A stretch of 64,000 nt of DNA. Origin: an uncultured Spirochaetota bacterium. GTDB lineage: Bacteria > Spirochaetota > UBA4802 > UBA5550. The position numbers and the translations under genes are program-made. Shown in pieces: positions 19,499-31,095 of this stretch. Numbering within the stretch: position 1 is the stretch's first letter; each line of letters opens with the position of its first letter. The DNA lies in the NCBI GenBank assembly GCA_963827275.1, contig CAWHAA010000008.1, positions 288,001 through 352,000 of the forward strand, given 5' to 3'. The notes beneath the pieces were generated by a model. It worked only from the letters and a program-made list of their open reading frames with translations, was not told the origin of the DNA and did no database searches.

Positions 19499-20025
19499 AG
19501 TAGTAATTTCCTTGTTCTCGTTATAACTTCAGCTGATTGCTTTTTTTGTTGCAATGACACTATCGTTAAGCCGGTTATTTGTAAAAAGAAAAATTAGCGG
19601 GAATAAAAAAATTTCAAGGCCCCTGCCGCGTGGATAGGCAGTACCGGAGAGATTCCGCTCTGTTGTAGCGTCGTTCCGGTTGATTCACAGGTTTTCCAAT
19701 TGATTTTCCCGGCTGATATTCCTTCTCTGTGTTAAGCAATGCTGAATTATTTGCCATATGTCCTTCTTTTGCCCTCTTGCGCTCCGTTATTATGTCACTT
19801 ATCTGAATAAAATTTAACATATATGTAACAAAGGAAATTGAAAATTAATTTGAATTTATACTATAAATAAGGGGTTTAGTTTCACTAATAAGAAATTTTA
19901 ACTGTTCTATAGTTTTGATCAAGCCCTGAAAAAATCCTGAACAGGCTTGAAGCGCATGGTTTGTAACGATTGTATTGCCCACCGTCAGGGTATAATCGCT
20001 CTTTCAGGAATTATTTAACAATTAG

Positions 20026-21393
<1,368 letters not shown>

Positions 21394-21420
21394 TAGTTTT
21401 GACTGACAGCTGCTGAAACA

Positions 21421-21452
21421 AAAAACGGCGATGCAAATCGCCGTTTTTTTTT
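21421..21452 (+). terminator. Rho-independent terminator of gdhA (possibly bidirectional)
   Basis: AAAAACGGCGAT-gcaa-ATCGCCGTTTTTTTTT. Confidence 0.85.
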
Positions 21453-21617
21453 CAGAAGGCGCCACAGACGTGAAATTTTCCACGGATAGCGCCGCCGGCA
21501 TCCTTTTTTGTTTGACGTTCACAGGGTATTTAAAAACATATGCCTGTGAGAATGTTTGGCAGCGGGACCGGGGAAGGGCGCACGGGTACATACTTCGATC
21601 ATAACAGGAGAACGGCA

Positions 21618-23418
21618 ATGACGAAAAACCAGAAACTCGCAGAATGGGTAAAGGAAATAGCCGCACTGACAACTCCCGACCGCATCCACTGGTGCGACGG
21701 CTCGAAAGAGGAATACGACTCTATAATAAAGATAGCCGCTGACGAGGGGATTGCCACGCCCCTTAATCCGGACACGCTTCCCGGCTGTTATCTCTTCCGC
21801 TCCGACCCGTCGGACGTGGCCCGCGTGGAAAACCGGACCTACATCGCATCACTGACGAAAGATGAAGCCGGCCCGACGAACAACTGGATTGATCCCGTGG
21901 AGCTCAAGGGCATCATGAAGGGGCTGTACAGCGGCTGCATGAAGGGCCGCACCATGTACGTCATCCCCTTCAGCATGGGCCCGGTCGGGTCGCCGATATC
22001 GAAGATCGGGGTGGAGATAACCGATTCGCCGTACGTGGTCGTCAACATGCACATCATGACCCGCGTTGGCACCAAGGTGCTCGACGTACTCGGAGAAACG
22101 GGCGAATTCATTCCCTGCCTGCATTCCGTGGGCAAGCCCCTGGCCCCCGGCGAAAGCGACAACGGCATCTGGCCCTGCGCGCCGCTCGAGAAAAAGTATA
22201 TATCCCATTTCCCCGAAGAGCACGCGATCTGGTCCTACGGCTCCGGGTACGGCGGCAACGCGCTGCTCGGCAAGAAATGCCTCGCCCTGCGCATCGCCTC
22301 GGTGATCGCCCGCGACGAGGGCTGGCTCGCCGAGCACATGCTCATCCTCGGCATCACCAGTCCCGAAGGGAAGAAAAAGTATATCGCCGGCGCGTTTCCC
22401 GTCCGCCTGCGGCAAGACCAACCTCGCCATGCTGATTCCTACCATGCCCGGGTGGAAGGTGGAAAGCGTGGGCGATGATATCGCATGGATGAAGTTCGGG
22501 AAGGACGGCCGGCTCTACGCGATCAACCCGGAAGCGGGCTTTTTCGGCGTCGCCCCCGGCACCTCGATGCAGTCGAACCCCAACGCCATGAAGTCGATTG
22601 ACCGGAATACCATTTACACCAACGTCGCCCTTACCGAGGACGGGGACGTCTGGTGGGAGGGAATCGGATACGATGCCCCGGGAAAGCTTATCGACTGGAC
22701 CGGCAAGGAATGGGAGGCGGGGAAGTCGACCGCACCGGCAGCTCATCCCAACGCGCGTTTCACCGCGCCGGCGCGGCAGTGCCCGGCGATCGACCCGTCG
22801 TGGGAAGACCCGAACGGCGTGCCCATCAGCGCCTTCCTCTTCGGCGGGCGCCGTCCCACCACCATCCCCCTGGTCCACCAGTCGTTTGACTGGAATCACG
22901 GCGTCTTTCTGGGTTCGATCGTGGGATCCGAAATCACCGCAGCGGCCCTGGATCTTGCCCACGGGACCGTCCGCCGCGATCCCTTTGCCATGCTGCCGTT
23001 CTGCGGCTATCACATGGGTGACTATTTCAAGCACTGGATCAAGATCGGCAAGAAGTCAACGGCTGACAGGCTGCCGAAGATTTTCTATGTCAACTGGTTC
23101 CGCAAGACGGCCGACGGCAAATGGCTCTGGCCGGGATACGGGGAAAACAGCCGTGTCCTCAAGTGGATTTTCGAGCGGTGCGACGGTGACGGCGACGCCG
23201 TTGAAACGCCGATCGGCTATATGCCGACACCCGGTGCGATAGACCTCGCCGGCCTGGACGGCGTGAGCGACGCCGACATGCGCGAGCTTCTTACCGTTGA
23301 CCGGGAGGGCTGGCGCAGGGAGTTGGGCCTGGTCAGGGAGCACTACGCGAAGTTCGGCTCCCGGCTCCCGGCCGAGCTTGCCCGTGAGCTTGAAGCGCTG
23401 GAAAAGCGCCTTTCGTGA
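21618..23418 (+). CDS. pckG: GTP-dependent phosphoenolpyruvate carboxykinase (one +1 frameshift near 22400)
   Basis: [35 protein letters not shown] (after removing one C), [23 protein letters not shown]. Confidence 0.95.
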
Positions 23419-23529
23419 CCTCAGGCCTGCGTCGGCAGGAGGCCGGGCGCGCCTGACGTGCGCCGTCGCAGCCGGGAAAAAAGAAGCTTGATTTTATACT
23501 GGCCTGCTTGATAGAATGCTCCCCATGAC

Positions 23530-23563
23530 GATACGCCCGCGCGAGACGGGGCGTATCCGTTTT
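23530..23563 (+). terminator. Probable terminator after pckG
   Basis: GATACGCCC-N10-GGGCGTATC followed by CGTTTT. Confidence 0.55.
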
Positions 23564-23714
23564 ATGTATTCATCCTTCATACGCTATGAACGTATCAATG
23601 TTTACACAAGGTGCGCGTGTTCGGAGGGCTTCCGTGCCCGCACGCAATGTTGCGATTGGTGAATTCCGGCGCGATGATCGGTGCGTTCTGATTTGATCGT
23701 ATGGACCATGCATC

Positions 23715-24863
23715 ATGAACATAGAAATAAACAAATTATTCCTGAAAGTTTTGACCAATTCCCTGGAAACCGGCCAGACCAATTATCTGGGCGCGATGCT
23801 TGATCCCGGTTTCAATGTCTACACGGAATCCGGATTTTATACAAATGCCCCGTTGCCCCGCAAGACCGCGGCCGAGGTGCTCCTTGGATATTTCAAGGAG
23901 GAAGACCAGGTGGCAAGGCTCTTCAATATCATGCTTCTCCACGAAGGCCAGCGTTTTTATAACGCGGTGTTGAACATCTGGGGAAGGGATGAGTTTTTAC
24001 GCCTCCTGAAGAGGTACAAGTGGATTTATGACCCGGCCCTTGTCCGTTTGTCCCGCGACCCGTTTTATGAACGTGAAATAAATTTTCTGAAAGAAATACG
24101 GATTATCGACCTCCGCCGGGAGATCCCGGTCAAAGACATCATAAAGGGCATAGAGAAAACCAGCGCGAAGATGAGCGTTCATGACCTTGAGTGGCGCATA
24201 ACGCTGCGGTTATACGACATTGACGCTGAATCGGGAGAGCTCATCAGGAAAATACTCCTGCTGCTGCTCTCCCGGCAGAATTTACAGGAATTCATGCACG
24301 AGATATACGTGTGTCTGAAAGAGCTGGCGATCAATGCGAGCAAGGCAAATTACAAGATCCTTTTTGAAAAGTTTGTGACCCGGCGCCAGGGCATCTCTCC
24401 GGACAGGGACTACGTGCGTTTTTTAAAGCTTTTTAAGGACGAGATAGAGCAGAATGGCAACAAACGGCTCCTCGAGCTGGCCAGGCAGAAGGACCAGTAC
24501 ATCACCATAACATTTCAATCGACAATTGACTCGATTGAGGTCTGGGTCAGCAACAGCCAGAATATTTCCCTTATCGAGAAGCAGCAGATCCTGAAAAAGA
24601 TAAGCAAGAACGAGATCCAGTATAACAAGGAGGCGGAGCCTGACGATGAGTATACCGAAGGCGCCGGTTTCGGTTTGAACCTTATCCTCAGCATACTGCG
24701 CAGCAGCTCACATGACCCCGAACCCCTCAAGGTCATTTATTATCCTGATTTTATCAAAATCGGCTTTGAATTGTTGAGGTCCGACCTCCGGGAAAAGAGC
24801 AGAAAAGCAGCCGCCGAAGCCGCTGCTGCAGCCGCGGGCGGTGAAAAACCTGCCGGGTTATGA
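23715..24863 (+). CDS. GHKL/HATPase-like ATP-binding protein (anti-sigma-like) with extra N-terminal domain
   Basis: N-box-like LKELAINASKAN and G-box-like EGAGFGLNLI; no obvious His-kinase H-box. Confidence 0.6.
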   Translation: MNIEINKLFLKVLTNSLETGQTNYLGAMLDPGFNVYTESGFYTNAPLPRKTAAEVLLGYFKEEDQVARLFNIMLLHEGQRFYNAVLNIWGRDEFLRLLKRYKWIYDPALVRLSRDPFYEREINFLKEIRIIDLRREIPVKDIIKGIEKTSAKMSVHDLEWRITLRLYDIDAESGELIRKILLLLLSRQNLQEFMHEIYVCLKELAINASKANYKILFEKFVTRRQGISPDRDYVRFLKLFKDEIEQNGNKRLLELARQKDQYITITFQSTIDSIEVWVSNSQNISLIEKQQILKKISKNEIQYNKEAEPDDEYTEGAGFGLNLILSILRSSSHDPEPLKVIYYPDFIKIGFELLRSDLREKSRKAAAEAAAAAAGGEKPAGL

Positions 24864-25003
24864 ACACGGCCTGCCCCTGTTTTTTATCACGCCATGTCGG
24901 TACAAATAAACCCTCTATTTTTTTATATAAAAATTTTCATTCTCTATATCTGATCTGATCAATAATTTACCAGCTGGATTGGTCTATTACGATTGACAAT
25001 GTG

Positions 25004-25037
25004 TTATTTTTAATACATTATATTGTATTAAAAATAA
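25004..25037. promoter_or_regulatory. Perfect 14-bp inverted repeat (operator) overlapping the promoter of the serine hydrolase gene
   Basis: TTATTTTTAATACA-ttatat-TGTATTAAAAATAA, just after TTGACA at 24993. Confidence 0.6.
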
Positions 25038-25053
25038 TGAAAGGGTACCAGTT

Positions 25054-26367
25054 ATGAAAAAGTATACACTAACAAACAGTATACTGACAATAATTGTATT
25101 CGTAGCGGCAGTGTTGTTTAATTTGAGCTGCAAGAATGGCGTTCCTGTTTCTCCCCTGGCGGGGTTGCAACTGTCGTTGAATTCCCAGACGGGCGGGACA
25201 TCCCCGGACACCGGCACGCCGGGTGACGGCGATACGCCGGTAAATGTTCCAGTGCTCGATTCCGTGGAATTTGCCCGGCGACTTGAAGCGGCGCGAAGTT
25301 CGTCCGTGACCAAAAGCGTTTCCGCCGCAATAATGACCGGTGATGGCACTATTTATACAGCCGTTGCCAACCAGGCAGGGGACCTTTACGCCGTGACTTC
25401 CAACATGCACTTCAGCATTGCGAGCTGTACCAAAATGTTCATTGCCGCGTGCGTGTTTCAGATGGTAGAAGACAATCTCCTCTCTCTTGATGATACCCTC
25501 CAGACCCTGATCTATGACACACGAATTTTAGACACAGCATACATGGCAAAAATAGACCCTCATATCAGGGTCCGCGACCTGCTCAATCATACCACCGGCC
25601 TTGATGATTATCTCGGGAACGGGTATTACTACGATATAATCCTCAATGTCTATGCAACATGGTTCCCCAAAAAAACACTTTCGTATGTTGACGATCCGGT
25701 GTATCCGTACAACTACGTCAACCCGGAAGACAACCCGTGCAATTATTCAAACACAGATTATATAATCCTCGGCATCATTATAGAAAACCTGACCGGCCAG
25801 AGTGTCAGCAGGGTGGTCAGGGATTATTTTCTCGATCCGCTCGGCCTGGTCAACACCTTCATGGTCGGCGTACTGCCATACCTGGGGCTGACCTGGGCGC
25901 CTGGTCCCAACGCGATCGGGTTTGAGCCCACTACCGACACCGACAGCTGGGAAAAGGCCTGGATCAAGTCAAGCACCCTGATCGACATAGACGCGATCGC
26001 GCTGTATTCATCGACCTGGACAAGCGGGAACATGCTGTCGGACGCTTCGGACATGGTGCGCTGGGCACGGTACTTCTACCGCTACCAGGAGGACAAGGGG
26101 TATCTTGCCGACGAGGCGTTTCACGAGGCTTCCGTCGTGTCAGATTTTTTCACCGGGCGGAAGTTCGGATACGGGATCGAATACCTGAAGCATGTCAGCG
26201 GCAGCGAACTGTGGGGGCACACCGGTACGATCATGGGGTTCAACAGCATGGTGTTTTACATGCCTGAAAAGGACGTCAGCATCGCCATCCTTATCAATGA
26301 CCACTACATATGGAGATGGGGCATCCTCCATGTCCTTGTCGACTACGTGAACAGCGCCTCGGAGTGA
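25054..26367 (+). CDS. Beta-lactamase-family serine hydrolase / D-Ala-D-Ala peptidase-like lipoprotein
   Basis: Lipobox NLSC; SCTK (SxxK), LLNHTTG, YSNTDY, GHTG. Confidence 0.88.
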   Translation: MKKYTLTNSILTIIVFVAAVLFNLSCKNGVPVSPLAGLQLSLNSQTGGTSPDTGTPGDGDTPVNVPVLDSVEFARRLEAARSSSVTKSVSAAIMTGDGTIYTAVANQAGDLYAVTSNMHFSIASCTKMFIAACVFQMVEDNLLSLDDTLQTLIYDTRILDTAYMAKIDPHIRVRDLLNHTTGLDDYLGNGYYYDIILNVYATWFPKKTLSYVDDPVYPYNYVNPEDNPCNYSNTDYIILGIIIENLTGQSVSRVVRDYFLDPLGLVNTFMVGVLPYLGLTWAPGPNAIGFEPTTDTDSWEKAWIKSSTLIDIDAIALYSSTWTSGNMLSDASDMVRWARYFYRYQEDKGYLADEAFHEASVVSDFFTGRKFGYGIEYLKHVSGSELWGHTGTIMGFNSMVFYMPEKDVSIAILINDHYIWRWGILHVLVDYVNSASE

Positions 26368-26377
26368 CGGGCCGCGT

Positions 26378-27118
26378 TCACCGCATGAGCCTGCTCTCCC
26401 TGGTCGCGATGGTCGTAACGATCATCGTGTCAGGATAGAAGACCGGGACGTTGACCCGGACCTGCACCGTCCCTGATTGCACCACCGGCACCCTGTCGAG
26501 CGGGACCATCTGCAGCTCGATCCTGAAAGAGGTGAGGGGGAAGTCCAGTTTTGCAACGGTCCCCTCGATCAAGACCGACTCCAGCGTGTCCTTTTTGAAA
26601 AACATGTCGCCGCTGAAATGGCGCATCGTCTCCTTTTTTGGTGTTACCCGTACCCGGTAGCATGCGGCGCCGTTTATCCTGACCGTGTCTTCGAGGGTGG
26701 TCGAATAATGCTCGTCGCCGTGCGCGTCGAAGACGGGATGGGTCGGCTTGCTTTTCATGACCCGAAATTTTGACGGGTTCATCTCCTTCCCGTCCTTTGT
26801 ATATGACACTACCTCTATCTCGGGGGCCCTGTAAAAATAGTCCTTCCGCTTCATGGTCACTTCGGAGGTGCTTTTCAGCGCCCCGGTCGCCGGATCATAT
26901 TCCTTCACGGTCTCTGTCCTCAGGGACTCCACCCCGATGTATGTTTCGTATATTTCAAGGCCCCTGCTCTTCAGTGTCGCGATTACCCGCCCCGCTTCCT
27001 CTGTCTGCACGGGCCGTTTCGGCCGGTCCGCCGATATCGTTCCGCCCGCAATGCCGGCTGACTGACAGAGAGCGGACAGGAGAAGTGCCGCGCAGGCGGC
27101 ACAGACGGATTGTTGCAT
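26378..27118 (-). CDS. Exported hypothetical protein (beta-rich, possibly LolA-like fold)
   Basis: Signal peptide; 246-aa ORF; NGAACYRVRVTPKK-type segment. Confidence 0.6.
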   Translation of the reverse strand: MQQSVCAACAALLLSALCQSAGIAGGTISADRPKRPVQTEEAGRVIATLKSRGLEIYETYIGVESLRTETVKEYDPATGALKSTSEVTMKRKDYFYRAPEIEVVSYTKDGKEMNPSKFRVMKSKPTHPVFDAHGDEHYSTTLEDTVRINGAACYRVRVTPKKETMRHFSGDMFFKKDTLESVLIEGTVAKLDFPLTSFRIELQMVPLDRVPVVQSGTVQVRVNVPVFYPDTMIVTTIATRESRLMR

Positions 27119-27168
27119 GATAACACCCCCGGATTTCTTGTTACGGACACGCCAGCGTCGGCGTGCTG

Positions 27169-29022
27169 CTACTTCATGTTGAATTTGATCGATACCACGC
27201 CGTCTGAGAATTTTGATGTATGTTCAGTCTTCATCTTGTTGAATACGGCCAGCATCTTCTTGTTTTCTGGCAGTACGTTTGCGTAGAGGGTCTTTATTTT
27301 CCGCTCCCCCGCAATTTTAACAAGGTATTCGGCGAGGAAGGACGCGATGCCCTTGCCCTGGAACTCTTCATCCACGATGAAGGCAAGCTCATGCTTCTTT
27401 TCCCGGGGATACAGGGCGTAGCGGCCTTCCGCAATGATCTCTTCATTTTTATTCCTGGTGATCACCGCGACGATGGAGAACGTGTCGATATAATCGATGT
27501 TCACGTATTTCTGCATCTCCTGGTGCGGCATCGCGGACACACGGGTAAAGTAGCGGAGGTATTTCGATTCGTCCGAGAACTGGTAAAACAGGCGGCGCAT
27601 CATGTCCTCGTCGGACGGCCTGATGGGCCTGAATTTTATGTCGAGCCCGTCCCTGAAGGTCTTCATTGTCTCCAGCTCGGCCGGGTAATTTTTCGCGTTT
27701 TTAGCCACGTATATCTGGTCCCTGTAGGCAAGGCCGTTCTTCCGCGCCTTTTCCATGAGCTCTTCACGGTGATCGGGGTGTGCGATGTCGATCAGGGAGA
27801 GAACGCGCTCCCGTATCGATTTGCCGAACAGGTTGGCGACGCCGTACTCCGTGACCACGTAGCGGGCGATCCCCAGCGTCGCGCGTACGCGGTCCTTTTC
27901 GTGTTCGTGCGTCAGGACGATGTTGCTGGTCCCGTCAGGCGCCACCGAGCGGAGCGTGATGATGGTCTTTCCCCTCCTGGCCATGGCGGCGGCCATGGCG
28001 AAGATGAACTTGCTCTCGTAGCCGGTAAGCAGGCTGTCCCCGGAATGGAACACGACCGATTCGCCGGATATATCGATCTTTTTCACGTTCATGATGCTTA
28101 TCAGGTTCGGGACCCTCCCGATGACGAAGGGGTTGGCAAGGCGGGGGATCGGATAGAATTCGAAGACCGGATTGCGGTTGACGTAGTCGTACAGCTCGCG
28201 CGTCCCCCAGCAGTAGCTGGCGGTTATCTGCCCGCCGCGGTACCGGCTCCTGTTGTACGGCACCGCGCCCGATTCGACGAGGTCGATCGCCCAGTCGGAT
28301 ATAACGTTTGAATAGATCCCGAGGTTCTTCTTTGTCTTCAGGTGGGACGCGATGGCGTCAAACATCTTCCCCGCGTGGAGCACCACGGTGGAGCCGTCGT
28401 CGATCAGGTTCGCGATGTGCCACCCGATCCGCTCCTGAAGCGGGTCCCACATCTTCCAGGGACGTTCGAGTATCGGCCGGTCGGTTTCGATGATGTGGTT
28501 GACCTGGTTTATGTGGATCAGCGTCTCGCCATAGGTGACCGGCATGGTGGGGTTGACTTCCGCGATTACCAGCGGCGCCTTCTCCACGGCAATGTTGGAT
28601 ACGTCCACCGCCACCCCGAGGCTCATGAACCCGTTGCTGTCAGGCGGGGAGGTGGTCACGATTGCGGCGTCCATCCCGACCGACCCGCTGCCGAGCAGGA
28701 CGGGGATCTCAATGAGATTGGCCGGTATGAAGTCGATGTTCCCCCCGTGGAATTCCTGGTTGATGCTCTCGCCGATGTTAAAGGTCTTCAGCCTGAATTT
28801 ATTTTCGCGCTCGGGGCTCATCGCGAGATGGTCGCCGAGCGTGAAGAGGTGGATCATCTCGAGGTCCTGGACGTTGGGATGGTCGGAATTAATTATGGAT
28901 TCCACGGAAGTGGCCGGTATGGCCGGACCGCTGCTCAAAAATATCCTGTTGCCCGGCTTGATGAGCTCCAGGAGGTCGTCCGCGGTGATGAGCTTCTGGC
29001 TGTATTCTTTGTCGATTTTCAT
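27169..29022 (-). CDS. Acetyl-CoA hydrolase/CoA-transferase-like domain fused to GNAT acetyltransferase
   Basis: SPPDSNGFMSLG, YVVTEYGVANLFGKSIRER, IAHPDHREEL; C-terminal RPIRPSDE...FQGKGIA...NKKMLAVF GNAT. Confidence 0.9.
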   Translation of the reverse strand: MKIDKEYSQKLITADDLLELIKPGNRIFLSSGPAIPATSVESIINSDHPNVQDLEMIHLFTLGDHLAMSPERENKFRLKTFNIGESINQEFHGGNIDFIPANLIEIPVLLGSGSVGMDAAIVTTSPPDSNGFMSLGVAVDVSNIAVEKAPLVIAEVNPTMPVTYGETLIHINQVNHIIETDRPILERPWKMWDPLQERIGWHIANLIDDGSTVVLHAGKMFDAIASHLKTKKNLGIYSNVISDWAIDLVESGAVPYNRSRYRGGQITASYCWGTRELYDYVNRNPVFEFYPIPRLANPFVIGRVPNLISIMNVKKIDISGESVVFHSGDSLLTGYESKFIFAMAAAMARRGKTIITLRSVAPDGTSNIVLTHEHEKDRVRATLGIARYVVTEYGVANLFGKSIRERVLSLIDIAHPDHREELMEKARKNGLAYRDQIYVAKNAKNYPAELETMKTFRDGLDIKFRPIRPSDEDMMRRLFYQFSDESKYLRYFTRVSAMPHQEMQKYVNIDYIDTFSIVAVITRNKNEEIIAEGRYALYPREKKHELAFIVDEEFQGKGIASFLAEYLVKIAGERKIKTLYANVLPENKKMLAVFNKMKTEHTSKFSDGVVSIKFNMK

Positions 29023-29184
29023 GATTTTTGCTGTTACGGGAACGGTGTCGTTATGAGTGCCAGATGTCGGCGTTTTTGTCAATTAGATAACAGGCAGCGC
29101 GCGCCCGGGCGGTATCCAATATTTTACCGGGCGCAACGTATTTTAGTTGAATTTTTCAAACGATGAGGGCATCATAAGGAATTG

Positions 29185-30234
29185 ATGCGCAAAATAACCC
29201 TTCGGTGCGTGCGGACAGTGGAACTACCATTCATCCATAGGAGAAAAGACGGCCAGTCGCGTATATCCTCTCCCTCGCCGCGGGTGATGAGGAAGGCCAC
29301 GGGCATCATAAAGTCGGGCGGCATCATCGCCTTTCCCACCGAGACGGTCTACGGCCTCGGCGCTGACGCCTTCAACCCCATCGCCGTGGCCCGCATCTTC
29401 GAGGCAAAGAACCGGCCGCTCTTCGACCCGCTTATTGTCCACATCGCCGACCTGTCGCAGCTGGGCACGCTCGTCTCCGGCATAGACCGGCGTGCGGGAA
29501 GGCTGGCCGGCAGGTTCTGGCCCGGCCCGCTCACCCTCGTTCTTCCGAAGAGCGAGCGGGTGCCGGACATCGTGACCGCGGGCCTTGACACGGTGGCAGT
29601 CCGCATGCCGGACCACCTGATCGCGCTCGATCTGATCAAGGGGTCGGGAACGCCCATCGCGGCGCCCAGCGCAAACCGGTTCGGGTACATCAGCCCCACC
29701 AAGGCAATCCACGTGCTCGAGCAGATCGGCGACCGCGTGGACATGATCATCGACGGCGGTGCGTGCAGCGTGGGGGTCGAGTCCACCATCATCAAGATCA
29801 CCGGCGAGCGGAGCGTTATCCTCCGGCCCGGCGGCGTGCCGGTAGAGGAAATTGAAGCGATCATCGGGCCGGTGGAGGTTGCCCCGGAGACTGCCGGAGA
29901 CCCGGAGTCCCCCGGCAGGCTGCCGTCGCATTATTCACCCGCCATCCCTGTGTACCTCGCGGCCAGCATCCGCGATATCGACTTTACCCGTTCTGACGCC
30001 GGATTTCTCCTGTTCCGGAGGCCGTCCCGTGACGTGCCGGTCGAGCGGACGGAGATACTCTCGATCGACGGCGATCTGAACGAGGCTGCGGCGAATCTCT
30101 TCTCGTCCCTGCATCGCCTGGATAAAATGCCGGTAAAGGCCATCATCGCCGAGCAGGTCCCTGAGCACGGGCTGGGCATCGCCATCATGGACCGGCTCAG
30201 GAGGGCGGCGCGCAGGGGGGACGGGGACGCATGA
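29185..30234 (+). CDS. tsaC: L-threonylcarbamoyladenylate synthase (Sua5 type); start uncertain
   Basis: FPTETVYGLGA, KNRP.FDPLIVH, FWPGPLT, AAPSAN, VGVEST, PG....HYSP, AIMDRL. Confidence 0.95.
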   Translation: MRKITLRCVRTVELPFIHRRKDGQSRISSPSPRVMRKATGIIKSGGIIAFPTETVYGLGADAFNPIAVARIFEAKNRPLFDPLIVHIADLSQLGTLVSGIDRRAGRLAGRFWPGPLTLVLPKSERVPDIVTAGLDTVAVRMPDHLIALDLIKGSGTPIAAPSANRFGYISPTKAIHVLEQIGDRVDMIIDGGACSVGVESTIIKITGERSVILRPGGVPVEEIEAIIGPVEVAPETAGDPESPGRLPSHYSPAIPVYLAASIRDIDFTRSDAGFLLFRRPSRDVPVERTEILSIDGDLNEAAANLFSSLHRLDKMPVKAIIAEQVPEHGLGIAIMDRLRRAARRGDGDA

Positions 30235-30857
30235 GACCAGCGATGGGCCGGGGGCCGCTCTTCATCGTTTTCGAAGGGATCGACGGGTCAGGCAAGTCGA
30301 CGCAGTGTGATCTCCTCTTCCGTTACGCCGTGGCGCAGGGCGCTCCGGCGGTCCGCCTCGCCGAACCCACTGGCGGGGAGTGGGGGACGCGTATCCGGGC
30401 GATGCTGAAGGAGCCGGCCATGGCGCCGGCGGAGGAGCAGCTCCGGCTCTTCCTGCTGGACCGGAAGGATGACGTGGAGCGGAACATCGTTCCCGCATTG
30501 AAGGAGAGCAGGATCGTTATCATGGACCGGTATTATTATTCGAACGCGGCCTACCAGGGCGCCGCCGGCATCGCGCCCGGGCGGATTATCGCCGAGAACA
30601 GAGCGCTGTCGTTTCCCGAACCGGACCGCATCTATTATGTCGATATACCGGCCCCCGTGGCCATGCGCAGGATCGCGGGGCGGAGCGGGAAAGGGACCGA
30701 GGTCTTTGAAAAAGAATATTTTTTGCAGAGGGTCAGGGAGATCTTCCTCTCCTTTTCCGGCGATCGGTTCATGGTGGTTGACGGGACACAAGGGATAGAA
30801 GATGTGTTCGCCGTCATTAAAAAAGATTTTGACGCGCTCGCTCCGCGTCCTCAGTAA
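30231..30857 (+). CDS. tmk: Thymidylate kinase
   Basis: FEGIDGSGKSTQ, DRYYYSNAAYQG; ATGA overlap with tsaC. Confidence 0.95.
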   Translation: MRPAMGRGPLFIVFEGIDGSGKSTQCDLLFRYAVAQGAPAVRLAEPTGGEWGTRIRAMLKEPAMAPAEEQLRLFLLDRKDDVERNIVPALKESRIVIMDRYYYSNAAYQGAAGIAPGRIIAENRALSFPEPDRIYYVDIPAPVAMRRIAGRSGKGTEVFEKEYFLQRVREIFLSFSGDRFMVVDGTQGIEDVFAVIKKDFDALAPRPQ

Positions 30858-30879
30858 CGCGCGCCGGGCATTTATTTGA

Positions 30880-30908
30880 TTGACAAATTATTATTAATTT
30901 ATCATAAT
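30880..30908 (+). promoter_or_regulatory. Sigma70-type promoter for the REC-GGDEF gene, implying a ~180-nt leader
   Basis: TTGACA-17 bp-CATAAT. Confidence 0.7.
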
Positions 30909-31095
30909 TTTTTTACCGATATGCGGTAAAGTCAGGTAGCGCAATAATCCGAGAGCAAACGGACGGATAGCTTCAAGCGCCTCACTCAGGGTTTCAGGGC
31001 CAGCGCATGGCAGATTGCGCAACATGATCTGCCTTCGTCTCCGGCCGTGCATGCGGGGACGGCATAATAATACGCCGCCAGGGGAGTTACAAGGT

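Noticed and set aside
19614..19820. 68-aa ORF between the PilZ gene and gdhA
   Set aside because: No recognisable motif and it lies in an AT-rich promoter region; cannot be supported.
30930..31035. Canonical c-di-GMP-I, SAM or glycine riboswitch
   Set aside because: Required stems and tetraloop/receptor elements are not identifiable by eye; reported only as an unknown leader.
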